Positions 14,560 through 22,319 of a stretch of 41,503 nucleotides of DNA are shown here, one piece after another. A program made the translations under genes and the position numbers. Position 1 is the first letter of the stretch. Every line of letters begins with the position of its first letter. This DNA comes from a virus: IMG/VR virus record IMGVR_UViG_3300005441_000004, positions 1 through 41,503 of that record; one strand, written 5' to 3'. The notes beneath the pieces are model-generated. The model ran no database searches. It saw nothing but the letters and a program-made list of their open reading frames with translations, and was not told the DNA's origin.

Positions 14560-15407
14560 TACGTCACCGTCCCCGGGCAGCCCACGCCGTCGTCCGGACC
14601 GTCCTGGTTCGGCCGGTAAAACTGGCAAAAGTAGCACTCGTGGTGATCCGGACTGCGCTCCACCTGCGCCCACATCGCACCCTGCGCGTAGACCGGGGCG
14701 GCCGCGATCGCCGCGGCGAGGCGCTTGCGGCGCACGGTGTCGTCGGCGATCTCGTGCAGAAGCTGCGCCATCTGGGCGTCCATCGCATGCTCCCAGACGT
14801 AGAGCCCGGCGAGGCTGGAGCCGGTGCGCGGCCAGGCCAGCAGCGCAATCCGCCGCACCGGCAAGCCCTCTTGCATGTAGCCCAGGCCGTAGAGCCCGAG
14901 CTGGCCGACGTACTTGCGCGGCGGCCCGCCGGGGCTCTTGACGATGTCCATCGACGTCGCGCCGAGCAGCTTGTGGTCGAGCATGCACGCCTCCCACGCG
15001 TCGTAGAGATCGCCGGTGCCGGGGTGCTCGGCGAAGACGCCGCCGGGGTTGACGCGCCGCTCGGGCAGGTAGCGCACCGCGCCGAGCTGAGTGTTCTCCC
15101 AGCGGAACATCGCATCCAGCTCGGCGTGCCCGGCCGTGCCCATGAAGCTGGGCCAGGGGTCGACGACGTGGTTGGTGGCCTCGATGCCGAGCAGCTTGCC
15201 CACCACCTGCCGGTCGCACTCCACCCCCAGCTCGCTGGGCCCGAGGTGCCGCTGCAGCGAGCGCGGCCGGCGCGCGGAGTAGCGGCGCAGGATGTCCGCC
15301 ATCCGCACCGCGGTGGCCGCCGCCCATTCGGTATTGCCCTGGGTGGCGGCCGGGCGCGGACCGGGCTGGGCGAGGTAGGCGTCCAGCGTGGCCGGGGGCG
15401 CGGTCAC
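14559..15407 (-). CDS. Cas4/RecB-family PD-(D/E)XK exonuclease with a 4-Cys cluster (282 aa)
   Basis: N-terminal Cys (GVECDRQ). GDLYD...MLDHK nuclease motifs. C-terminal CYFCQF...GC. GTG 15407 in a GTGA overlap, with an alternative GTG at 15419. Confidence 0.75.
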   Translation of the reverse strand: MTAPPATLDAYLAQPGPRPAATQGNTEWAAATAVRMADILRRYSARRPRSLQRHLGPSELGVECDRQVVGKLLGIEATNHVVDPWPSFMGTAGHAELDAMFRWENTQLGAVRYLPERRVNPGGVFAEHPGTGDLYDAWEACMLDHKLLGATSMDIVKSPGGPPRKYVGQLGLYGLGYMQEGLPVRRIALLAWPRTGSSLAGLYVWEHAMDAQMAQLLHEIADDTVRRKRLAAAIAAAPVYAQGAMWAQVERSPDHHECYFCQFYRPNQDGPDDGVGCPGTVT

Positions 15408-16462
15408 CCTTCCCGCCACTGCGCCGCGCCGCCGCGCGGACGGTCCTCGGGTGCGGTGTACGCGCGCCGGATCCGCTCCCGTTTCACGGTCTGATACATC
15501 TCTTCCACTGCGTCATCGCTGAACGCCGCGACGGTGGCGTCGAACCGGATCGGGCCCTCCGCGTCGACGGCCAGGATGCCGTGCGCGGTGTTGCTCGCCC
15601 CGCACCGCGCACACGTCGCGCCGGGTGTGGTGGTCAGGGTTCCCGGCGTGTCGACGAAGTCATGGCACGCGTGTTCCGGCGGCGTCGGGGCTGGGTCCGG
15701 GCAGTCGCACATGCCGCGGTGCCCGCACTCTTTCGTCAGCGGGATCGTCGTGGTTCGCTCGTGCGTCTCTTCGATCGCCGGCTGGGGGTCCGGCTCGGGC
15801 CCGTAGAACGCCGCGCGCTCCTCAGCGGTGGGGCGGCGCAGCGGCATGTCGTCCGCCCACCCGATCTTGCCGTCCAGCCCTTCCCAGGTGGCCGGCGTCG
15901 GGTGGCGCACGTTACCGCTCTGCCAGCGCAGTACCTCGGCGTAGCTCTTCACGATGAGCCAGCGGAACGGGTGGTAGACGTCGCTGTCCTCGGCGCCCAG
16001 CGGGAACACCGCGTACGCGAATCGTCTCCCGTCATCCGTCCAGAGCGCGCCCTCTTCCGGCGGCTCGGGGTCGACGCCCGGGAGCAGCGTGGCCGCCTGA
16101 TGCGCAGCCTCGTCGGCCTTGACTTGCTCGCGGATCTTCGCCGCCACCTCGTCGGGGCTGGGCTCAGCCTTGACCTCACGTTCGACGTTTTCGCCGAGGT
16201 CGTTGAGCTTGCGCAGCAGCGTTAACGCATCGAAGTTACCCGACGCGGTGGCCATGCCCATGTTCAGCTCGGCGAGCCGAGCCGCGGTGTAGAGCATCTC
16301 GCGCAGGTGGTCGTGCTCAGCCACCTTGTCCGAGGCGGGCCAGCCGCTGTTGTGGTGAAGGTCCACCAGCTCGGACCGGTTGCCTTCAGCGAGCTCGAGC
16401 CAGTGCTGGGCCTGCCTGAGGTAGATCAACTGGCTGTTGAGGTCCTCACCAGGTTCGCTCAC
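15404..16462 (-). CDS. Hypothetical protein (352 aa) with a Cys/His-rich segment
   Basis: Track ORF. CGHRGMCDCPDP...HACHDF...CARCG suggests metal binding. Confidence 0.6.
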   Translation of the reverse strand: MSEPGEDLNSQLIYLRQAQHWLELAEGNRSELVDLHHNSGWPASDKVAEHDHLREMLYTAARLAELNMGMATASGNFDALTLLRKLNDLGENVEREVKAEPSPDEVAAKIREQVKADEAAHQAATLLPGVDPEPPEEGALWTDDGRRFAYAVFPLGAEDSDVYHPFRWLIVKSYAEVLRWQSGNVRHPTPATWEGLDGKIGWADDMPLRRPTAEERAAFYGPEPDPQPAIEETHERTTTIPLTKECGHRGMCDCPDPAPTPPEHACHDFVDTPGTLTTTPGATCARCGASNTAHGILAVDAEGPIRFDATVAAFSDDAVEEMYQTVKRERIRRAYTAPEDRPRGGAAQWREG

Positions 16463-16839
16463 TTCTCACGCTCCAACTTCCACGTGCCGCCCTCTTTGAC
16501 GTAGGCGGCGTAGATCTCGGGGTGGTCGGCCTTGAACGCCGGGGTGTTGAGCCGCCGCGACGTCGCCCACTTCAGCGACCGCGCGACCTGGCCGGGCACC
16601 GAGATCCGGTAGGCGGGGTAGGGCTGGTTCGTGAGCGCGCCGGTCGCCGGGTCCCGGACCGGCCGCGTCACCGCGGTCAGCGCGGCCTTGATCCGGGCCT
16701 GCACCTCGTTCAGCTGGTCCTCGATCGCCTTTTTCTTCGTGTACAGGTCCTCTTCGATCGACAGCAGCTGGTCGATCTCCGCGGCGCCGCCGACGTAGTC
16801 GTAGGTCTCCGGCGCCGCGGGGGGTGCGGGTGTCGTCAT
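16459..16839 (-). CDS. Hypothetical coiled-coil protein (126 aa), first gene of the leftward arm
   Basis: ATG 16839 lies 5 nt after AAAGGA (complement of 16845-16850). ATGA-type overlap downstream. Confidence 0.6.
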   Translation of the reverse strand: MTTPAPPAAPETYDYVGGAAEIDQLLSIEEDLYTKKKAIEDQLNEVQARIKAALTAVTRPVRDPATGALTNQPYPAYRISVPGQVARSLKWATSRRLNTPAFKADHPEIYAAYVKEGGTWKLEREK

Positions 16840-16861
16840 GGCCGTCCTTTCGTCGGGGCCC

Positions 16862-16891
16862 AGCTTGGCATGACTTGTGCCAGATGTGCAA
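16862..16891 (-). promoter_or_regulatory. Promoter P5' (leftward): TTGCAC-N18-CAAGCT
   Basis: The minus strand reads TTGCACatctggcacaagtcatgcCAAGCT. Its -35 region overlaps that of P5. Confidence 0.5.
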
Positions 16892-16904
16892 CCCGTGCGA
16901 TCCT
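16875..16904 (+). promoter_or_regulatory. Promoter P5 (rightward): TTGTGC-N18-GATCCT
   Basis: TTGTGCcagatgtgcaacccgtgcGATCCT. ATG 16911 follows 6 nt later, so the mRNA would be leaderless. Confidence 0.6.
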
Positions 16905-16910
16905 GGCAGC

Positions 16911-17246
16911 ATGACGACCCCCGAAGAGCGGATCTACGCCGCCACCCACGGCGAGCCCGTCGGCGGGCCGCGCGTGCCCCCGCTGGACCCGCCCGAGCAC
17001 GAATTCGTGACGATCAAGGAAGCCCAGCTGCTCACCGGCGCGGCGCGCCGCACCATCATGGGCTGGCTCGACCGCGGCGAGATCCACCGATTCAAGGCCG
17101 AGAACGGGTACAACACCCTGATCAACAAGGCGGAGCTGCTCAGCTTCGACGCCGCCCGCCGCACCACCCGCAGCGGGCGTGCTCCCGTTGTGATCGACGG
17201 GAAGCCCGTCGCGGACTACGCTCGGGAACCTTCGCCCGACCAGTGA
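16911..17246 (+). CDS. Excisionase/MerR-type HTH DNA-binding protein (111 aa)
   Basis: FVTIKEAQLLTGAARRTIMGWLDRGEIHRF. The track ORF is trimmed to ATG 16911. Confidence 0.7.
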   Translation: MTTPEERIYAATHGEPVGGPRVPPLDPPEHEFVTIKEAQLLTGAARRTIMGWLDRGEIHRFKAENGYNTLINKAELLSFDAARRTTRSGRAPVVIDGKPVADYAREPSPDQ

Positions 17247-17257
17247 CCATACGAAAA

Positions 17258-17294
17258 CGAAAGGCCCCCAGCGTCTGGCGCAGGGGGCCTTTCG
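17258..17294. terminator. Terminator-type hairpin after the HTH gene
   Basis: 12-bp stem: cgaaaggccccc (17258-17269) pairs with gggggcctttcg (17283-17294), with a 13-nt loop. Confidence 0.7.
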
Positions 17295-17633
17295 ATGTCA
17301 CGGCCAAGCGACATCCACTACATGAACGAAAGGGCATCTTACGTGAACGACCCCAACACCGTCCAGCGGGACGGCGACGCAACCCTAGATGATGTAGTCG
17401 CGTGGCTGGAGTTCGAAGGCATCGACTGCCTTACCCACGCCTACGTGACCAGCCCCACCGCCTACGCGATTAAGCACACAGCGGAGCGCGCGCTCGGACT
17501 CTACGTTTCCGAGCGCCTCATGATCGACGCGGCGAAGCGCTACGGCTATCCGACGATCACCAGTGACGCAGGCACGCACGTCGGCATGGACAACGACGGC
17601 TACGCCGACACGCACAAGCGAGCCTGTCGGTGA
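17295..17633 (+). CDS. Hypothetical protein (112 aa), start uncertain
   Basis: Track ORF. Alternative starts are ATG 17322 and GTG 17343 (after GAAAGGG). GTGA overlap with the replicase start. Confidence 0.5.
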   Translation: MSRPSDIHYMNERASYVNDPNTVQRDGDATLDDVVAWLEFEGIDCLTHAYVTSPTAYAIKHTAERALGLYVSERLMIDAAKRYGYPTITSDAGTHVGMDNDGYADTHKRACR

Positions 17634-20600
17634 CCGCCCCGCAGCGCCCGGAGGCGGCGCTCTTCGAGGGCGCCATGGCCACGATCGCCGCCGGCTACCT
17701 GGTCCGGATGGTCGAGATCGGCTGGGACTCCGCCAAGGGCAAGAAGAAACTGGTCCGCAACCCCGGCGAGAACTGGCAGGCCGGCCCCCAGCTGAGCCAG
17801 GCGCAGGTCATGGAAGCCATCCGCGCCGGCTGCAACGCCTACCTCTACCGACTCCCGGACGGCGTCTGGGTGGTCGACGTCGATGCCCACGAGATGATGC
17901 TGACGATCGGCGAACGGCTCGGCGCCCCGGATGTCGTCACCCCGCGCGGCGGCGCCCACTGGCTGGTCGACGCCCAGCTGGACCCCGTCGCCGGAATCGA
18001 CACCGAACCGCGCCAGCTCTACGGGCCCGGCTCGTTCTACGAGATCCCCGGCCGCGGCATGGTCGCCTACACCGGCACCGTCCCGGCCGGCCCGCGTCAC
18101 CTGCCGGACAACCTGCCGCGCAAAACAGCGAAGCCTGCCCAGCCCGCCGCGCCGGGCGAAACCGGCGCGTTGGCGGACTACCTGGCCCGGCGGGACCTGC
18201 GGGCCATGCCCCGGGGGCGGGCGAACCAGCGCGCCGCCGAGCTACTGGCCGCGATCGCCAACGGCCCGGAGACCGGCGCGGCCGCGCGGCTGGGGATCAA
18301 CAACGCCGCGGCGTTCCTCGGCGGCCTGCTGCACACCGGCCTGCTCGAGCACGGCGCCGCGGTGGACGCCCTGGAGTCGGCGTGCGAGCTGCGCTGGGGC
18401 ACCTGCTCCGAAGCCGATCGCCAGTGGATCCAGGAAGGCCTGTCCTTCGGGGTGGCCAACCCGGTCGAGATCTACGAGCCGGAGGAACGCGCCGCCGAGC
18501 AAGCCGCCGCGGTGATGCACGCCCCTTTCGACCCCGCGAGCCCTTTCGGTTCTGAGCCCTTCACCTGGGCCGGAGCCACCGCACTGGACATGGCCGACGC
18601 GCTGCTGGTCCGCGTCGCCCCGGCGCTGCGGGTGATGTGGTCGGACGTCACCACCGGCAAACCGGCCTGCCTCACCCGCTCCACCCGCGGCCACTGGTCC
18701 TACGTCGCCGACGGGTTCAAGTGGGCCGCGCTGCGCCTGCTCGACACCATGCCCCGCGGCGTCCGCCCGGAAACCAAAGAGCGCTCCGAGTGGACAGAGG
18801 AGAACTGGGCTCACCACCGCCGGGACCGCTTCACCCGCGAACTCACTGAGGTCGTCGGCCTGGCCGAAGCTCGCGTCCGCCACCCCGATCACGGGCTGGT
18901 CGTCACTCCCGCCCAAGTCGAGGGCCCGCGCGAAGTCGTGTGGTGCGCCGGCACGCCATGGCGCCTCGGCTCGGTCATCGACGTCGCTCCGATGCCGGCC
19001 GGCACCCCGCACATGCACTCCATCCCCTTCGCCCCCGCCGACGTCCCCACCCCCGCGTGGAACCGGTTCGTCAAGGCGATGTGGCCCGAGGAAGACGTGG
19101 CCGAGTGGGCGCTGCGCGTGCTCGCCGTCGGGTTCACCGGCGATTCGGACGCCGTCATGCCCGTACTGCACGGGCCGACCGGGCGCGGCAAGTCGAAGTT
19201 CATGGGGCGCGTGCTCGCCCTGCTCGGCGGCTACGGCACCGCCGCCAGCAAGGCCTTGATCGTGCCCACCGCCGGCAATGTGGACGTCGCGAAGGCCCAC
19301 CTACAGGGCGTCCGGCTCGCGTGGCTGGATGAGGCACCTGGCACCGGCAAAGCCTCGGTGGAGGCGCTCAAGGACATCACCGGCGGCGGGGATGTTTACG
19401 CCGCGGCGAAGTACCGGGCGCCGATCGTCTTCAAGAGCACCCACACCCTCGTGCTCACCATGAACGACGCGCCCGAGATCCACGACGAAGCCGTCGCCCG
19501 TCGCGTCCGACTCATCCCGTGCTTCGGCGACCCGGAGGAGCTGGGCCACGCGTTCGACGAACTCGCCCCCGCCTGGGATCGGGAGGCGCCCGGCGTCCTG
19601 GCCGCCATGCTCCAGCGCGCCGCAGCCTACCTCGTCGACTGGCGCACCATCGGAGAGGACCACGCACCCGCTACTGTCCGTGAGATCACGGCCCGGATCA
19701 TCGGCGAGCAGGACGTCATCGGGATGTGGCTGGCGCAGTGCACGCGGCCCAGCGAAGAGGGGATGCGCAGCGGCGATCTCTACGCCAACTTCCGCGACTT
19801 CGCCCGGCAGTTCTCGGAGTGGGAAAAGCGGGTGCCGGCGTCCAACGTGTGGTCCGCGCGGGTGGACCGAGCGGGTTACCCGGTCTTCAAGCGCCCGAAG
19901 AACATTCCGTACCGCGCGCTGGCTCTGGCCAACGGAGGGGACGTTTCGTGGGCCGTCGCACCCTCCCCGGTTACGGGGGTGAGGGGGGTTGGTGATGGGG
20001 TGAAGCCCGACCCGTCACCCGCCGAGACCAGCGGCAACGCGCCAAATGTTACTAGTGTTATGACCTCTCAATATACTATTACGGGAGGAGTAGTAGAAAG
20101 TAGGGGGGAGGGAGACAATGGAAAAACCGAGTTAACCACCCCTCCCTCATCACCCGCTCCCGCGCTCCTCAGCTCGGCTCTCGCGGACCAGCCGGACCCC
20201 GGCTCAGTGATCAACTGCGCGTGGTGCGCAGGGCCTGCGGAGCTCACGAAGTCGATCAAGTTCAAGGTCCACAAGACCCCCGCCGGCGACCGGTGCGACG
20301 GCTCCCAGCAGACACCCCCGGGGGTGCTTACGCTCCGTGAGCGGAAGGCGAAGGAACGCGACGCGATCAAGCTCGGCAAGATCACCGCCGCGGCCGGGCC
20401 GACGCTGACCCTGCCCGCCGCCATGCGCCGCGGCGAAGAACCCCGCCAAGTCACCGCCGCCGAAGCGCTGGCCATCGGGCGTGCCGCCATCGCCCGCAAC
20501 GGCGGCCGGATCGCCGTGGACTGCGAGACCAACGCCCGGCCGCTCTGGCACCCCGAGTACGCCACCCAGACCATCCAGCTTGGCGACTGGGCCGAAGCGA

Positions 20601-22246
20601 TCGACCTCGACGCGTCCGACCCCGAGCACCGCGCCGTCGCGGCCACCCTTATCGCCGAGGCGGCCGAGCTCGAGGCCTTCAGCTACACCGCGGACCTGGT
20701 GCCGCTGGCACGCCTCGGCATCGCCGAGTACGACGCGATGTTGGCCAAGTGCGTCGATGTCGCCACGATCGTTAAGCTCACCGATCCGGCCCTGACCGCC
20801 AACGGCGACGGCCTCAAAGAGACCTCGGCCGCCGTGCTCGGCGACGCCGCGCTGTCCCCGGCCGCCGAAGACGCCCGCAAGGCACTCGGCGACGCAGCCG
20901 GCTGGATCTGGAAGCTCGAGCACGACACCCCCGATGAACGCAACGGGTGGCTCCAGGTGGACCGCCGGTGCGCCACCATGGCCCGCTACGCCATGGCCGA
21001 CGTCCTGGACTGCTCGGCCCTGCGCCTCAAGCTGCCCCAGCCAGACCCGGCCGTCATGGCCCGCGAGATCGTCGCTGAGCGCGTCGTAGCCAAGCTTCCC
21101 TACCTCGGGCTCGCCATCGACGGCCCGGCCGTCAGGGCGCAACTGAGCGACCGGGAACCCCGCGCCGCGGCCAAGCTCACCCGGATCCGCGAGCTCGGGG
21201 TGGGGAACCCGGACTCCCCGAAGCAGGTCACCGAGCGCCTGCGCGCCCTCGGCGCGATCCTCCCGCAGACCAAGGGCGGCAACGACTCCGGCGCGAAAGA
21301 CGTGCTCGAGAAGCTGCAGCACGCTCCGGGCGAACTCGGCGAGCTGGCTAAAACGATCATGGGCTGGCGCGACGACGCCACCGTGCTCAAGAACATGATC
21401 CGCCCCTGGGCCCGCTCCACCGAGCACGGCGACTGCCGCACCTACCCGACGATCTACACCCTCGGCGCCGACACCGGCCGCATGAGCTGCGTCCGCCCGA
21501 ACCTGCAGCAAGTGGCCCGCGAGGGAGGCCTGCGCGAGTGCATCGCCGCCGACCCCGGCATGCTCTTCATCGCCGCGGACTTCTCCTCGGTGGAGGTTCG
21601 CGTCGCCGCCTACGTCTCCGGCGACCGCAACCTCATCGCGATGATCAACGGGGCCATCACGTGCCCGACATGCCAGGCCGGCACGACCTGCGTGCACCAC
21701 GACCTGCACGCTATGATCGCCAACCAGGCGTACGGGCCGGGGTTCACGAAGGCGAACCGCTACAACGTCAAGCGCGTCGTCTTCGGCCGGCTCTACGGCG
21801 GCAGCGCGCCGACACTGGCCGCCCAGACGGGCCTCGACATCCCGATGGTGGACCGGCTCGTGGCCATCCTCGACGCCCTCGCCCCCCAGCTGGCCGCGTG
21901 GTCCGCGCAGGTCCGCCAGGCTGTCAAGAACGGGCTGCGCGAGTACCGGACGTACTCCGGACGGGTGATTCACCTCGACCCCCGCTTGCCGCACAAGGCC
22001 CCGAACTACATCATTCAGGGCACCGCCCGCGAGCTGCTTGTGGACGCGCTCATCCACTGGGAGCAAGGCCCGTACGCCAGGGGTGTCGTGCTCCCTGTGC
22101 ACGACGAGATCGTGGCCATGGTCCCCACCGAGCAGGCCCCCGCGGCAACCCGGTTCCTGGTGCAGTGCATGACCACCCAGCTCGGCCCGGTGCCGATCAC
22201 GGTGGAGGCCGACGAACCGGCCGAGGTCTGGCAGAGTGCCGCGTGA
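17630..22246 (+). CDS. Fused replicase (1538 aa): AEP PrimPol domain, D5/P4-type SF3 helicase, 3'-5' exonuclease and family-A DNA polymerase
   Basis: PrimPol: VVDVDAHE and TPRGGAHW. Helicase: HGPTGRGKSKF (Walker A) and WLDEAPG (Walker B). Exonuclease: IAVDCETN. PolA: DFSSVEVRVAAY (motif A), KRVVFGRLYGGS (motif B), PVHDEIV (motif C). Single uninterrupted track ORF. Confidence 0.85.
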   Translation: MTAPQRPEAALFEGAMATIAAGYLVRMVEIGWDSAKGKKKLVRNPGENWQAGPQLSQAQVMEAIRAGCNAYLYRLPDGVWVVDVDAHEMMLTIGERLGAPDVVTPRGGAHWLVDAQLDPVAGIDTEPRQLYGPGSFYEIPGRGMVAYTGTVPAGPRHLPDNLPRKTAKPAQPAAPGETGALADYLARRDLRAMPRGRANQRAAELLAAIANGPETGAAARLGINNAAAFLGGLLHTGLLEHGAAVDALESACELRWGTCSEADRQWIQEGLSFGVANPVEIYEPEERAAEQAAAVMHAPFDPASPFGSEPFTWAGATALDMADALLVRVAPALRVMWSDVTTGKPACLTRSTRGHWSYVADGFKWAALRLLDTMPRGVRPETKERSEWTEENWAHHRRDRFTRELTEVVGLAEARVRHPDHGLVVTPAQVEGPREVVWCAGTPWRLGSVIDVAPMPAGTPHMHSIPFAPADVPTPAWNRFVKAMWPEEDVAEWALRVLAVGFTGDSDAVMPVLHGPTGRGKSKFMGRVLALLGGYGTAASKALIVPTAGNVDVAKAHLQGVRLAWLDEAPGTGKASVEALKDITGGGDVYAAAKYRAPIVFKSTHTLVLTMNDAPEIHDEAVARRVRLIPCFGDPEELGHAFDELAPAWDREAPGVLAAMLQRAAAYLVDWRTIGEDHAPATVREITARIIGEQDVIGMWLAQCTRPSEEGMRSGDLYANFRDFARQFSEWEKRVPASNVWSARVDRAGYPVFKRPKNIPYRALALANGGDVSWAVAPSPVTGVRGVGDGVKPDPSPAETSGNAPNVTSVMTSQYTITGGVVESRGEGDNGKTELTTPPSSPAPALLSSALADQPDPGSVINCAWCAGPAELTKSIKFKVHKTPAGDRCDGSQQTPPGVLTLRERKAKERDAIKLGKITAAAGPTLTLPAAMRRGEEPRQVTAAEALAIGRAAIARNGGRIAVDCETNARPLWHPEYATQTIQLGDWAEAIDLDASDPEHRAVAATLIAEAAELEAFSYTADLVPLARLGIAEYDAMLAKCVDVATIVKLTDPALTANGDGLKETSAAVLGDAALSPAAEDARKALGDAAGWIWKLEHDTPDERNGWLQVDRRCATMARYAMADVLDCSALRLKLPQPDPAVMAREIVAERVVAKLPYLGLAIDGPAVRAQLSDREPRAAAKLTRIRELGVGNPDSPKQVTERLRALGAILPQTKGGNDSGAKDVLEKLQHAPGELGELAKTIMGWRDDATVLKNMIRPWARSTEHGDCRTYPTIYTLGADTGRMSCVRPNLQQVAREGGLRECIAADPGMLFIAADFSSVEVRVAAYVSGDRNLIAMINGAITCPTCQAGTTCVHHDLHAMIANQAYGPGFTKANRYNVKRVVFGRLYGGSAPTLAAQTGLDIPMVDRLVAILDALAPQLAAWSAQVRQAVKNGLREYRTYSGRVIHLDPRLPHKAPNYIIQGTARELLVDALIHWEQGPYARGVVLPVHDEIVAMVPTEQAPAATRFLVQCMTTQLGPVPITVEADEPAEVWQSAA

Positions 22247-22319
22247 CCAGCGGACTTGCGGGCGTATGGCACACTGCGCACATGAGGCTGGGTGCACAAG
22301 ACGTAGGGCGTACGACATC

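Noticed and set aside
20118-20135. A 5-codon ORF (MEKPS) with a perfect SD inside the replicase gene.
   Set aside because: It is too short to call as a gene. It is reported only as part of the AT-rich island observation.
22264-22299. A seventh member of the promoter family.
   Set aside because: The spacer is 25 nt rather than 18, there is no nAnnnT hexamer at the right distance, and the orientation is antisense to the flanking genes. It is reported as a related motif only.
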